A program made the position numbers and the translations under genes. A DNA stretch of 64,000 nucleotides from Anaerolineales bacterium (lineage in GTDB: Bacteria; Chloroflexota; Anaerolineae; Anaerolineales; UBA11579): contig JAJTXV010000001.1 in the NCBI GenBank assembly GCA_021463845.1, positions 518,174 through 582,173 on the forward strand, given 5' to 3'. The notes below the pieces were generated by a model. The model did not search any database. It saw only the letters and a list, made by a program, of their open reading frames with translations, and was not told the DNA's origin. Positions 51,612 to 61,178 of this stretch are shown in pieces; position 1 is the first letter of the stretch; every line of letters begins with the position of its first letter.

Positions 51612-52418
51612 ATGGCACTGGTAGATACGCATTGCCATTTGGATTTTGACGCCTTTGACAGTGACCGGGCGGCAGTAGTGGCCCGGGCGCAGGAGGCTGG
51701 TGTGGATGCAGTATTGAATCCCAGCACTGATATTGCCAACGCCGCGAAGGTGGTTGCCTTGGCGCACGAGACGGCGTGTGTGTGCGCTGCAGTCGGCGTG
51801 CACCCCAACAGCAGCCTGGAGTGGGGCGCGCACAGCGCAGACGAGTTGCGTGCGCTGGCGCGGAAGCCCAAAGTGGTGGCCATTGGCGAGATCGGCCTGG
51901 ATTATTACTGGGATGAAGCGCCGCACGATGTGCAGCGGAAAGTGTTGCAAGCTCAGTTAGAATTGGCCGCAGAAATGGAATTGCCCGTGATATTGCACAA
52001 CCGTGAAGCCAGCGAAGACTTGCTGGCTATTTTGCTTGAATGGCAGGCTGGCTTGCGCGCCAGTGGCTCACCGCTGGCGGCCAAGCCTGGCGTGCTGCAC
52101 TCGTTCTCGGGTGATCAAGCCATGGCTGAAAAAGCTGCCGCTGCCGGCTACTTTCTCGGCTTCACAGGTCCGCTGACTTTCAAGAATGCGCCTGAGCTGC
52201 AGGCGATCGCTGCGCAGGCGCCGCTGGAGCAGATCCTGGTCGAGACGGACAGCCCGTTCCTTTCCCCGCACCCGCTGCGCGGCCAGCGCAACGAGCCGGC
52301 CCGCGTCAAGCTGGTGGCAGAGAAGCTGGCGGAACTCAAAGGCTTGCCATACGAAGAGGTGGCGGCCGCCACCTCAGCCAATGCACAACGGTTGTTTGGC
52401 ATTGGAGGGCAGCAATGA
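51612..52418 (+). CDS. tatD: TatD-family metal-dependent hydrolase
   Basis: 268 aa. Motifs: LVDTHCHLDF, AIGEIGLDYYW, PVILHNREA, VETDSPFL. Confidence 0.88.
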   Translation: MALVDTHCHLDFDAFDSDRAAVVARAQEAGVDAVLNPSTDIANAAKVVALAHETACVCAAVGVHPNSSLEWGAHSADELRALARKPKVVAIGEIGLDYYWDEAPHDVQRKVLQAQLELAAEMELPVILHNREASEDLLAILLEWQAGLRASGSPLAAKPGVLHSFSGDQAMAEKAAAAGYFLGFTGPLTFKNAPELQAIAAQAPLEQILVETDSPFLSPHPLRGQRNEPARVKLVAEKLAELKGLPYEEVAAATSANAQRLFGIGGQQ

Positions 52419-53380
52419 CCATGCTGGACTTTCACGCCCAGGTGCAAGCGCAGCTGCCCGAAGTTGAGGAGCGCATGCGCCGGGTAGCCGATGGCTACCA
52501 CCCCGAACTGAGCTATGCGTTGGAACAGCTGCTCAACTCCGGCGGCAAACGAGTGCGCCCCACGGTGACTCTGTTGGTGGCGGGCATGCTGAATGCGCCG
52601 CACAAGCATGCGGTCACGGTGGCGGCGGCGGTGGAGATGCTGCATACGGCCACGTTGGTGCACGATGACCTGATCGACGGCGCGACGCTGCGGCGCGGCG
52701 AACCGACGCTGAATGCGATGTGGAACTCGGCCGCAACCATCCTGGCGGGCGACTTCTTGTTCTCGCAGGCGGCCTGGCTAGGCTCGCAGGCTGAGTCTGT
52801 TGAAGTGATGCAAATGTTCGCCAAGACGCTTTCGATCATTGTGAATGGCGAAGTCAACCAGATCTTTACGCGCAATGTCTACCCGACCCGCGAAGAATAC
52901 AACCAACGCATCTACGCCAAGACCGCTTCGATGTTCGAGCTGGCTGCCAAAGCACCGGCGCACCTGGCAGGCGTATTCCCCAAGTATGGCGAGCTGCTCA
53001 ATACGTACGGAAACAGCATCGGCATGGCCTTCCAGGTTGTGGATGATGTGCTCGACTTTTCCTCTGACGAGGAGACCTTGGGCAAGCCAGTAGCTAGCGA
53101 CCTGCGGCACGGCTTGTTCACCTTGCCGACCCTGTACTATCTTGAGGGCAAGCCTGCCGACGAACGCGTACAGGTTTTATTGGACGGCGGTGTATTGGAA
53201 GAGGAGCGCATGGAAGCGCTGATCGACGACATCCGCACCAGCGGGGCATTGCAGCGAGCCAACGAGGAAGCCCACCGCTATGTGCGCCTGGCGCTGGATG
53301 CGCTGGAAGCGATGCCGGCGTGTGACGAGCGCGATGGTCTGGCTGATTTGGCTGAATACGTCGTTCAGCGCTTGCATTAA
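52415..53380 (+). CDS. Polyprenyl diphosphate synthase (trans-IPPS, long-chain type)
   Basis: 321 aa. The first DDxxD is LVHDDLID and the second is VVDDVLD. It overlaps tatD as ATGA. Confidence 0.85.
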   Translation: MTMLDFHAQVQAQLPEVEERMRRVADGYHPELSYALEQLLNSGGKRVRPTVTLLVAGMLNAPHKHAVTVAAAVEMLHTATLVHDDLIDGATLRRGEPTLNAMWNSAATILAGDFLFSQAAWLGSQAESVEVMQMFAKTLSIIVNGEVNQIFTRNVYPTREEYNQRIYAKTASMFELAAKAPAHLAGVFPKYGELLNTYGNSIGMAFQVVDDVLDFSSDEETLGKPVASDLRHGLFTLPTLYYLEGKPADERVQVLLDGGVLEEERMEALIDDIRTSGALQRANEEAHRYVRLALDALEAMPACDERDGLADLAEYVVQRLH

Positions 53381-53431
53381 GCGTAATTTTCGCTACACTA
53401 TTCCCTTATTCGTCTGAAACAAGGAGCCAAC

Positions 53432-54025
53432 ATGACTCTGCAAGAGCAACTCAATCAACGTATCGAAAAGAAGGCGCTGCTGAAGCACCCCTTCTATCAG
53501 GCATGGGAATCCGGCGAGCTGCCGGTGGACGCCCTGCGCACCTACGCCCGTGAATACGGCGCGTTCATTGCCACCATGCCGGCTGGCTGGGAGACCCTGA
53601 AGGACGCCGAGACGGCCCAGGAAGAGCGCGAGCACGCCGAGCTGTGGCAGGAGTTCGCCGCAGGCCTGGAGACCGAAGTAGGCGCAGCGGAGCTGCCAGC
53701 GGTGAGCAAGCTGGTGGCCGACTCGGCTGCCCTGTTCGCCAAGCCCGCCACGGCGCTGGGCGCCCTGTACGCCTTTGAGGCTCAGCAGCCCGAGACGGCC
53801 AAGAGCAAGCTGGAGGGCCTGCGCGCCCACTACAGCCTGCCGGCCCAGACTGAGCCCTACTTTGAGGTGCACTCGGCCAACCATCACGAAGCCGCCAAAC
53901 TGCTGACTGCCATCAACGGCCTGAGCAGCGAGGAGCAGGCCGAGGCGCTGGCGGCGTGCGAGCAGATGAGCGCGGCCCTGTGGGATGCGCTGACGGATAT
54001 TTACGACAAGCACTGCGCGATGTAG
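53432..54025 (+). CDS. Heme-oxygenase-like fold protein (TenA/PqqC family)
   Basis: 197 aa. HPFYQAWESGELPVDALRTYAREYGAF matches the PqqC/TenA-type opening helices. Confidence 0.6.
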   Translation: MTLQEQLNQRIEKKALLKHPFYQAWESGELPVDALRTYAREYGAFIATMPAGWETLKDAETAQEEREHAELWQEFAAGLETEVGAAELPAVSKLVADSAALFAKPATALGALYAFEAQQPETAKSKLEGLRAHYSLPAQTEPYFEVHSANHHEAAKLLTAINGLSSEEQAEALAACEQMSAALWDALTDIYDKHCAM

Positions 54026-54053
54026 TTTCTGCGCCTAAAAAGCTAGAACTAAA

Positions 54054-54081
54054 CAGCCGAGCGAAAGCTCGGCTTTTTTTG
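54054..54081 (+). terminator. Rho-independent terminator
   Basis: AGCCGAGC-GAAA-GCTCGGCT followed by TTTTTTT. Confidence 0.8.
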
Positions 54082-54157
54082 TGACATTCTTGGGACATTT
54101 GTATCTACTAGCCTCCCGGGGCAGGCCGTAAAGTAGGGGCGTAACGAGGAGGTATCA

Positions 54158-54601
54158 ATGAATACTCATAAAGTAGTCGATTGGATGACCAAGGATGTGA
54201 TCTCAATAACGCCCGGCACCACGCTGCCCGAGGCCACGGCGCTGATGCGTGAGAAGCACATTCGCCGCCTGCCGGTGGTAGAGAACGGCCATCTGGTTGG
54301 CATCGTAACGTATGGCGACTTGCGCAAGGCAAGCCCTTCTGACGCCACGGGCCTCAGCATTCATGAGATCGGGTATCTGTTGCAGCGCATCAGCGTGGAG
54401 AAGCTGATGACGCGCAAGCCCTTCACGGTAAGCCCGGATACGGCACTGACCGAAGCGGCGCGGCTGATGCTGCAGCACAAGATCGGTGCGTTGCCGGTGA
54501 TGAAGGATGGCGGGCTGGTTGGCATTATTACGGAATCTGACATCTTTCGGGCGTTCATGCGCCTGTTGGATGAAGAGCCCGTGGCTGTAGCGGCAGTTTA
54601 G
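54158..54601 (+). CDS. CBS-domain pair protein
   Basis: 147 aa with two CBS repeats (ITPGTTLPEATALMREKHIRRLPVVENGHLVGIVT; VSPDTALTEAARLMLQHKIGALPVMKDGGLVGIIT). Confidence 0.85.
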   Translation: MNTHKVVDWMTKDVISITPGTTLPEATALMREKHIRRLPVVENGHLVGIVTYGDLRKASPSDATGLSIHEIGYLLQRISVEKLMTRKPFTVSPDTALTEAARLMLQHKIGALPVMKDGGLVGIITESDIFRAFMRLLDEEPVAVAAV

Positions 54602-54615
54602 CTTCAGCATCTTTA

Positions 54616-54673
54616 CCCTCCTCAGGAGGGCGGGCATGTAACTCTCCTTGCGTGCTCGCCCTCCCCTGAGGGC
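54616..54673. terminator. GC-rich hairpin cluster between convergent genes
   Basis: The hairpins are ccctcc-tca-ggaggg (54616-54630) and gccctc-ccct-gagggc (54658-54673). An alternative pairing joins ggagggcg to cgccctcc. Confidence 0.4.
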
Positions 54674-54686
54674 AAATCTCCAGGGG

Positions 54687-56348
54687 TTAGCGCTCGCCGC
54701 AGAACTTGCAGGCGAGTTTTTGTGCAGCCATGATGGCCTGGTCGCTGCTCCAGAAGAAATTCTGTTCGCCGACTTCGTCCACCAGGCCACCGCGCTCCAG
54801 CATCGCCTTCACGTTCTTATGCACGCCTGCAAACATGAGTGTGCCGCCCTGCGCACGAACGCGTTCGTGCAGCTTGCGAATGGCCTCGATGCCGGCGGTG
54901 TCGACCAGCGGCACGCCGCGCATGGAGAGGATCAGGGCATGCGTGTTGTTCAGGCCGGACAGCGCTTCGCCAAAGGTGGCGGTGGCGGCAAAGAAGAGCG
55001 GCCCGGTGACGAAGGCCACGTGCATGTGCTCGCATGGATGCTCTAGCTGCACGCCGCGCTGGCGCAAACGCTCCGGGTCGACTTTGGTGACCTCCACTTC
55101 GAGGCTGGCGATGCGATTGAGAAAGATGGCGCCGGCCAACAGCGAGCCGATGAGAATGGCCTGGGTGAGATCCAGGCTGATGGTGGCGAACATGGTGATG
55201 AGGAACGCGCCGATATCGGTCTTGAAGCGGTGGCTGAACATGAAGCGAATGGCGTGCCATTCGTTCATGCGCCAAGCGGTGACCATGAGCACGCCAGCCA
55301 GGGCGGCCAGTGGGATGCGCGCCATCAGCGGAGCCAGCAGGAACATGGAGAGCAGCAGGCCGAGGGCGTGAATGATGCTGGTGAGGCGGGTCTGGCCGCC
55401 GGACTTGATGCCCACGCTGGAACGGGCGATGGCCGCAGTGGCTGGCACGCCGCCGAAGAACGGCAGGACGATGTTGCCGATGCCCTGGCCAACGAGCTCC
55501 TGATTGGCTTGCAGGCGGATGCCGGTCATGTTGGCGGCAACCGCGCCGCACAACAGCGACTCGACCGTGCCCAGGGCCGTGATGGTGAGAGTGGGCGGCA
55601 GCAGGGCGGGCAGCTGGCTCCAGTCAAAGGCTAGTGGATCGAAGCGCTGGGCCAGCAGCAAGGTCTGGGGGATGGCGCCAATCTGCTCGACCTGCCAACC
55701 TGTCGCCACGGCGGCCACCGTGGCGGCGATGATGCCAAGCAGCGAGGCGGGCACCACGCGGTCCCATTTTCTGGGCCAGAGCAGCATCAGGCCGATGACC
55801 ACCATGCCAATCAGCATAACGTGCCAGTTGGGCGTAAAGCCACCCTCGAAGTAGCCGAGCAGTTTTTGCAGTGCGCTTTCATGCTCGGCGGTGTGGACAC
55901 CGAGGAAGTTGTCGATCTGGCCGATGAAGATGATGAGGGCGATGCCGGAGGTGAAGCCGGTGATCACGGAGGAAGGGATGAACGCGATGAAGCGCCCCAG
56001 CTTGAGCAGGCCGATGAGAAGGAGTAGGACGCCGGAGAGCAGACCTGCGGCCCAGATGCCATCCAACCCGTAGCGGCTGACCAGCACGATGAGCACCGCG
56101 CTCATGGCGCCGGTGGGGCCGCTGATCTGGTAGGGCGCGCCGGAGAGGGCGCCGATGACCAGGCCGGCGATGATAGCGGTGACCAGGCCGGCGGCGGCCG
56201 TGGCGCCCGAGGCCACGCCGAAGGCCAGGGCCAGCGGCAGGGCCACGGCGGCAACAGTGAGGCCGGCCAGCAGATCCTGGCGGAACTTTGTCAGGTTGTA
56301 ACCGGAGAATTCGGAGCGGTAGAGCTGGGCTAAGTTTCGCCGTGGCAT
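54687..56348 (-). CDS. SulP-family anion permease with C-terminal STAS domain
   Basis: 553 aa. It opens with LLAGLTVAAVALPLALAFGVASG, has about 11 TM helices and a STAS domain (ALILSMRGVPLVDTAGIEAIRKL). Confidence 0.88.
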   Translation of the reverse strand: MPRRNLAQLYRSEFSGYNLTKFRQDLLAGLTVAAVALPLALAFGVASGATAAAGLVTAIIAGLVIGALSGAPYQISGPTGAMSAVLIVLVSRYGLDGIWAAGLLSGVLLLLIGLLKLGRFIAFIPSSVITGFTSGIALIIFIGQIDNFLGVHTAEHESALQKLLGYFEGGFTPNWHVMLIGMVVIGLMLLWPRKWDRVVPASLLGIIAATVAAVATGWQVEQIGAIPQTLLLAQRFDPLAFDWSQLPALLPPTLTITALGTVESLLCGAVAANMTGIRLQANQELVGQGIGNIVLPFFGGVPATAAIARSSVGIKSGGQTRLTSIIHALGLLLSMFLLAPLMARIPLAALAGVLMVTAWRMNEWHAIRFMFSHRFKTDIGAFLITMFATISLDLTQAILIGSLLAGAIFLNRIASLEVEVTKVDPERLRQRGVQLEHPCEHMHVAFVTGPLFFAATATFGEALSGLNNTHALILSMRGVPLVDTAGIEAIRKLHERVRAQGGTLMFAGVHKNVKAMLERGGLVDEVGEQNFFWSSDQAIMAAQKLACKFCGER

Positions 56349-56394
56349 GGTTCGTTGGCCGGAGCCGTGAAAAACGCCGCACTATACCATGTTT

Positions 56395-56426
56395 CATAGG
56401 CTTGATTGTGTACAATCAAGCCTATG
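56395..56426. promoter_or_regulatory. Perfect 15-bp inverted repeat (2-nt spacer) in the divergent intergenic region, covering the downstream start codon
   Basis: cataggcttgattgt-gt-acaatcaagcctatg. The terminal ATG (56424-56426) is the in-frame start of the DUF4239-like gene. Confidence 0.6.
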
Positions 56427-57173
56427 ATCTGGAAATCGTTCGGATTTTCGATAGTGTGCGCGCTTCTGTATTGGCTTGTGCGCAGCAACCTGCACACTGA
56501 AGTTTATATTCATGATGTTGGCGGGTTGAGCTCGTTCCTGGGCGTGTTCGGCACTTTGTACGGCATCCTGGCAGCCTTTGTGGTGTTTGAGGTGTGGAGT
56601 CAGTACAACCGCATCTCGGCGCTGATCGGCAAGGAAGCTCAGGCGCTGGAACAGTTATTTAGACTAAGCCTGTACTTCCGTGACGAGCGATTTGCTGAGC
56701 GCATGAAGGCCGGCATCCGCGAGTATGTTGTCTGTGTAGTGGAGGGTAACTTTCGCCAACTGGCCAAGGGCGAGCGCAATGCCAAGAGTGGCCTGGCGCT
56801 GCGCAAGATCTCCGAGATCATCCAGAGCATTGAGTTCGATGACGATCACGACTCGATCGTCTTCGATCAGATCGTGCAGCATTATGGCGATGTGGCCCAG
56901 CTGCGCACCGAGCGCACCAACGAGAGCCGCAACCGCTTGCCGCGCTTTCTCAAGTATTTTATTTATCTGGCGTCGGCGTTTGCCCTGACCACGTTTCTGG
57001 TGATGCCCTTCGAAGTCGCTCTGTATGGGTTGTTCTCGGCCTTTGTTATCGGCTTCCTGCAAGCGATGGTGTTCCAGCTTATCGAAGAGCTGGACAACCC
57101 CTTCAAAGGTCATATGCAGCTCACCCCGGCGCCGTTCGTTTTAGCCCTCAAGCATATTGAAGAAGATTATTGA
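56424..57173 (+). CDS. Membrane protein (DUF4239-like)
   Basis: ORF 56406..57173, with ATG at 56424 (MIWKSFGFS...). It has two N-terminal and two C-terminal TM helices around a soluble helical region. The family assignment is from memory only. Confidence 0.45.
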   Translation: MIWKSFGFSIVCALLYWLVRSNLHTEVYIHDVGGLSSFLGVFGTLYGILAAFVVFEVWSQYNRISALIGKEAQALEQLFRLSLYFRDERFAERMKAGIREYVVCVVEGNFRQLAKGERNAKSGLALRKISEIIQSIEFDDDHDSIVFDQIVQHYGDVAQLRTERTNESRNRLPRFLKYFIYLASAFALTTFLVMPFEVALYGLFSAFVIGFLQAMVFQLIEELDNPFKGHMQLTPAPFVLALKHIEEDY

Positions 57174-57179
57174 TCCGGC

Positions 57180-57713
57180 ATGGCTAAGTACGTAGCCTTG
57201 ATCCGCGGCATCGCCCCCGCGTTCCCGAACATGAAGAACAAGGACCTGTGTGGCGTTCTGGAGCGGGAAGGCTTTGCAGGCGTTCAATCGGTGCTTTCCA
57301 GCGGCAACATTATTTTTGAAGCTGACAAAGCGGAGGTGAAAGCGTGGGAGCGTCAACTGGAAACTGCCTGGCCAAAGCAGCTGGGCTTTAAGGCCACAAC
57401 AGTTATCAAGAGCGAGAAAGAGCTAGCGAAACTAATGGCGGCAGAACCGTTTGCCGGCGTAACGCACGGGGGCAAGTCTTACCTGTTGGTGACCTTCTTC
57501 AAGCATCGCTTGAAGTTGGGCTTTGAGTTGCCGCACCGGCCCGCAGGCAAACCGTTTCGGTTTGTGTATTATGCCAATGGCGCGTTGTTCAGCGTAACGG
57601 ACACAACCATGCCAGGCGACCCCGGCGGTTGGCTGGAGCGCCAGTATGGCAAAGAGATGACGTCACGCACGCCACAAACCGTTGAGCGCATTTTGCGCAA
57701 GATGGCTGGCTAA
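57180..57713 (+). CDS. DUF1697-domain protein
   Basis: 177 aa. YVALIRGI...NMKNKDL...LEREGFAGVQSVLSSGNIIFE matches the DUF1697 opening pattern. Confidence 0.6.
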   Translation: MAKYVALIRGIAPAFPNMKNKDLCGVLEREGFAGVQSVLSSGNIIFEADKAEVKAWERQLETAWPKQLGFKATTVIKSEKELAKLMAAEPFAGVTHGGKSYLLVTFFKHRLKLGFELPHRPAGKPFRFVYYANGALFSVTDTTMPGDPGGWLERQYGKEMTSRTPQTVERILRKMAG

Positions 57714-58225
57714 CTCCACTTCTCCCATTTCACCAATTCATCAAAGTCCTTGCGGCCCTTGAGCAGCTTGGCGAGGCGCAGCTTTTCTTTCTCGGCTGGA
57801 TAGCCGAAGGAGATCGCCATCAAGGCCTGCCAGTCGTCAGGGATGTTGAGCAGGGCGGCCACTTTGTCGCTGTCGTACAGCGTGGCCAGGCACGAGCCGA
57901 CGCCCAGCTCGGTGGCGGTGAGCTGCATGTAGGCGGCGGCCTGGCCAGCGTCGAAGAGGGCGCCGTAGAACTTGTCGGGCGGAGGCGTGAGGATGAGCAC
58001 GCCCAGCGCGGCGCCGGCCAGGTGCCCGGCAAACTGGCCGAGCTTGCTGACCTGGCGCAGCGTTTCGCGCTGGCGGATGGCGAGGAAGCGCCAGGCCTGG
58101 CGGTTCTTGGACGACTGGGCGCGGCGGCCGGCCTTCAGGATGGCGGTCACCACCTCATCAGGCAGCGGCTCATCGGTGAAATCGCGGATGGCGCGCTTGC
58201 GGCGAATGGCTTCGGAAACTTTCAT
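57710..58225 (-). CDS. Nitroreductase-family protein
   Basis: ORF 57710..58405. The start at ATG 58225 is preceded by GGAGGAAG. The sequence MKVSEAIRRKRAIRDFTDEPLPDEVVTAILKAGRRAQSSKNRQAWRF is nitroreductase-like. Confidence 0.8.
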   Translation of the reverse strand: MKVSEAIRRKRAIRDFTDEPLPDEVVTAILKAGRRAQSSKNRQAWRFLAIRQRETLRQVSKLGQFAGHLAGAALGVLILTPPPDKFYGALFDAGQAAAYMQLTATELGVGSCLATLYDSDKVAALLNIPDDWQALMAISFGYPAEKEKLRLAKLLKGRKDFDELVKWEKWS

Positions 58226-58233
58226 GCTTCCTC

Positions 58234-59163
58234 CTAGAATTTGGCTGCCTGCGGCAACACGCTGGCGGCCAGGGCTTCGAGCCCGGCAATATCGTCCTGG
58301 TCGATCCACTGCAGCATGACCTGCTGGCAGCCAGCCGCCGCCAGCGCGGCCAGCTGCTCGGTGAGCTGGCCTGCTTCGCCGACCAGCGCGCCGCGGGCGC
58401 GCCACTCGTCGGCGGTGAAGGGAGTGGCGGCCAGCTTGCTGGCCAGCTCGGCGGCGGTGCGGCCGAACAGGGCGCGCACCATCACGCTGCGCTTGACTTC
58501 GCTGGGATGGCGGCCTTGTTGCTCAAGATACTTGGCCAGCAAGGGCACACGCTCGGCATAGGCGTCTGCGGTCAGCCCGACGCCGTTCCATTCTCTGGCA
58601 TATTTGGCGGCCAGCTTCAGGGTGCGTTGCTTGCCATTGCCACCGACCAGGATCGGCGGGCCGCCCGGCCGCTGCGGCCGCGGCAGCAGGATGGCTTCTT
58701 TGAGCTGGTAGTGCGCGCCGTCAAAATCCACGGGCGCATCACTTGCGAGCAGGCGAGTGACGACTTCGAGCCCCTCTTCGAAGCGGCGCATGCGCTCGGG
58801 CAGCTCAAGCAGGTCGAGGCCGAACATCTCGTGCTCGCGCACCTGCCAGCCGGCGCCCAGGCCGAGCACCAGGCGGCCGTCGCTGAGATCGTCGACGGCG
58901 GCGGCCATGCGGGCGGTCATGCTGGGATGGCGGAAGGAAAAAGGCGCCACCAGCGAGCCGAAGTGGATGCGCTTGGTGTGGCTGGCAAGCCAGGTGAGCG
59001 AGACCCACAGCTCCAGCGAGTCCTTCTCCGGAGGGTTCATGTTGGTGTAGTGGTCGCTACGATACAGGCCAGCGAAACCGAAATCCTCGGCGGCCTGGGC
59101 CAGCCGCTGCCAGCGCGGCCAAGTGAGGCCGTCTTGCCCTTCGATCATGATGGAAAGTTCCAT
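58234..59163 (-). CDS. Luciferase-like (LLM class) oxidoreductase, probably F420-dependent
   Basis: 309 aa. The sequence MELSIMIEGQDGLTWPRWQRLAQAAEDFGFAGLYRSDHY...RLVLGLGAGW resembles the F420-dependent LLM subgroup. Confidence 0.7.
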   Translation of the reverse strand: MELSIMIEGQDGLTWPRWQRLAQAAEDFGFAGLYRSDHYTNMNPPEKDSLELWVSLTWLASHTKRIHFGSLVAPFSFRHPSMTARMAAAVDDLSDGRLVLGLGAGWQVREHEMFGLDLLELPERMRRFEEGLEVVTRLLASDAPVDFDGAHYQLKEAILLPRPQRPGGPPILVGGNGKQRTLKLAAKYAREWNGVGLTADAYAERVPLLAKYLEQQGRHPSEVKRSVMVRALFGRTAAELASKLAATPFTADEWRARGALVGEAGQLTEQLAALAAAGCQQVMLQWIDQDDIAGLEALAASVLPQAAKF

Positions 59164-59179
59164 GACTTACTCCTTATTT

Positions 59180-59208
59180 CCACAGATGAACACAGATAAA
59201 CACTGATG
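59180..59208 (+). repeat. CCACAGATGAACACAGATAAACACTGATG repeat copy
   Basis: Read directly from the sequence. It is followed by a short cactgat...atcagt hairpin. Confidence 0.85.
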
Positions 59209-59239
59209 GCAATCTTGCTTATCAGTTGGCGAGTTGTTC

Positions 59240-60277
59240 TTATGAAACTAAGAACAGGCTTCTTGCCTTATCCATGACCGGCTTCCATTCTTCGCCTTCG
59301 GCATACGGCGAGGGTCCGACCGCGTCAGTGATCTCCTGGCCCAACAGAGCTTGCACCGCGGCCAGGCCGCAGGCCGCCGCGGCGTCGAGGTCATAGCCGC
59401 CTTCGAGGACGAGGGCGATCCTGCCGCCGCAGTGCTGCTGCGCCCATTGGCGCAGCGAGGCGATGGCGCGGCCGTAGCCGGCGGCGCTGACCTGCAGATT
59501 GGCGAGCGGGTCCTTCCAGTGCGAATCGAAGCCAAAGCTCACCAGTAGCATCTCAGGCTTGAAGTCATCCAGGAGGGCTGGGAACAGCTCGCCATAGGCG
59601 TGGGCGAAGGCCGCATCCCCGCTGCCGGGAGGCAGCGGCAGGTTGGCGGTGAAGCCCAGGCCGGGGCCGTGGCCGCGCTCTTCGACGCGGCCGGTGCCCG
59701 GCCACAGCGGCAGCTGCTGAGTATTGCAGAACAGCACATCCGCCCGCTCGTAGAAAATGTCCTGCGTCCCGTTGCCATGGTGCACATCCATATCCAGAAT
59801 GGCGAGGCGGGTGGCACCCTCGTGCTGCAGCAGGTGCTGGGCCGCCAGGGCAACATTATTAAGCAGGCAGAAGCCCATGGGCTGGGAGCGGGTGGCGTGG
59901 TGGCCCGGCGGCCGCGAGAGCGCAAAGCCGGTTTGGGCCTCGCCACGCCACACGGCCCGCGCCACCGCCACTGCGCCCGCGGCGGCGTTTTGCGCCAGCG
60001 GCCAGCTATGGCGGGTGGTGTAGGTGTCGGCATCCAGGTTGCGCTGCTCGGCTGCATGCTGCTGGATAGCTTGCAGCATCTCCTGGCTATGGACGGCGGC
60101 GAGCACATCGGCCGCCAGCGGCTCACCCGGCAACTGCGGCCCCAGCTGCCACAACCCGGCCTGCTCCAGCGCCTGGCGGATGACTTCGACGCGCTTGGGG
60201 CGTTCCGGATGGTTGGGTTGCGAATGGGCGCTGTGGCCCTCAGGGTAAAAATAGGCAATGGGAGCGCTCATACGCAT
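59240..60277 (-). CDS. Histone deacetylase-family (acetoin-utilisation/AcuC-like) deacetylase
   Basis: 345 aa. Motifs: SRPPGHHA, DMDVHHGNGTQDIF, GGYD. Confidence 0.85.
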   Translation of the reverse strand: MRMSAPIAYFYPEGHSAHSQPNHPERPKRVEVIRQALEQAGLWQLGPQLPGEPLAADVLAAVHSQEMLQAIQQHAAEQRNLDADTYTTRHSWPLAQNAAAGAVAVARAVWRGEAQTGFALSRPPGHHATRSQPMGFCLLNNVALAAQHLLQHEGATRLAILDMDVHHGNGTQDIFYERADVLFCNTQQLPLWPGTGRVEERGHGPGLGFTANLPLPPGSGDAAFAHAYGELFPALLDDFKPEMLLVSFGFDSHWKDPLANLQVSAAGYGRAIASLRQWAQQHCGGRIALVLEGGYDLDAAAACGLAAVQALLGQEITDAVGPSPYAEGEEWKPVMDKARSLFLVS

Positions 60278-60336
60278 GATTATAGAATGTTTGATGGGCT
60301 AAAATTGAAATACCTCCAACATAAGGAGCATTCGTC

Positions 60337-61170
60337 ATGGCAGAAGATAACCAAACTGAAGAGAAGAGCAAGAAGGCAGCAGGTGGAGCGCGCGCGATCT
60401 GGTCCGGCGCGATCGCCTTTGGCCTGATCAACATTCCGGTAAAGCTGTTCTCGGCTACTCGTGAGAACGAGCTGTCTTTCAATCAATTGCGCAAGAGTGA
60501 CCACTCGCGTATCAAGTATTTGCGGGTAGCTGCGGCGGATGGGCAGGAAGTGCCCTACGACCAGATCGTCAAGGGCTTTGAGGTGGAAGACGGCCGCTAC
60601 GTCGTGATCGAAGACGAGGACATCAAGAACGCCAGCCCCAAGAAGACGCAGAGCATCGAGATCCTCTCGTTTGCGAACGAGGACGAGATCGACAGTGTTT
60701 ACTTTGATAAGCCGTACTATCTGGGGCCGGACAAGAACGCGGCGCGTGCATACAGCTTGCTGCGTGAGGCGCTGAAGCAATCCAAGAAGGTGGCGGTAGC
60801 CAAGTTTATTCTGCGGACCAAAGAGAACCTGGCCATTCTCAAGCCTGAGGGTGATGTACTCATCCTTAACCAGATCCGCTACCAGTCAGAAGTGCGCGAA
60901 TCGGATGGACTGAACCTGCCGGGCGCGGATGAGGTCAAAGAAAGCGAGCTTGACCTGGCGCTGAATCTGGTGAACCAGCTCACGCAGCAATTTGAGCCTG
61001 AGAAGTATCAGGACACCTTTACGGCTGAGATCAAGCGCATCATCGAGCAGAAGGCCCAGGGCATGACGCCGGAGGTTGTTGGCGCGGCCCCCGAGCAGAC
61101 CAAGGATGACGACCTGCTGGCCTCGCTGCGGGCCAGTATTGAAGCCAGCAAAGCCCGCGTAGACGCCTAA
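60337..61170 (+). CDS. ku: Ku protein (non-homologous end joining)
   Basis: 277 aa. IWSGAIAFGLINIPVKLFSATRE...FNQL is the bacterial Ku core. The C-terminal tail is basic. Confidence 0.9.
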   Translation: MAEDNQTEEKSKKAAGGARAIWSGAIAFGLINIPVKLFSATRENELSFNQLRKSDHSRIKYLRVAAADGQEVPYDQIVKGFEVEDGRYVVIEDEDIKNASPKKTQSIEILSFANEDEIDSVYFDKPYYLGPDKNAARAYSLLREALKQSKKVAVAKFILRTKENLAILKPEGDVLILNQIRYQSEVRESDGLNLPGADEVKESELDLALNLVNQLTQQFEPEKYQDTFTAEIKRIIEQKAQGMTPEVVGAAPEQTKDDDLLASLRASIEASKARVDA

Positions 61171-61178
61171 CGAGCAAG

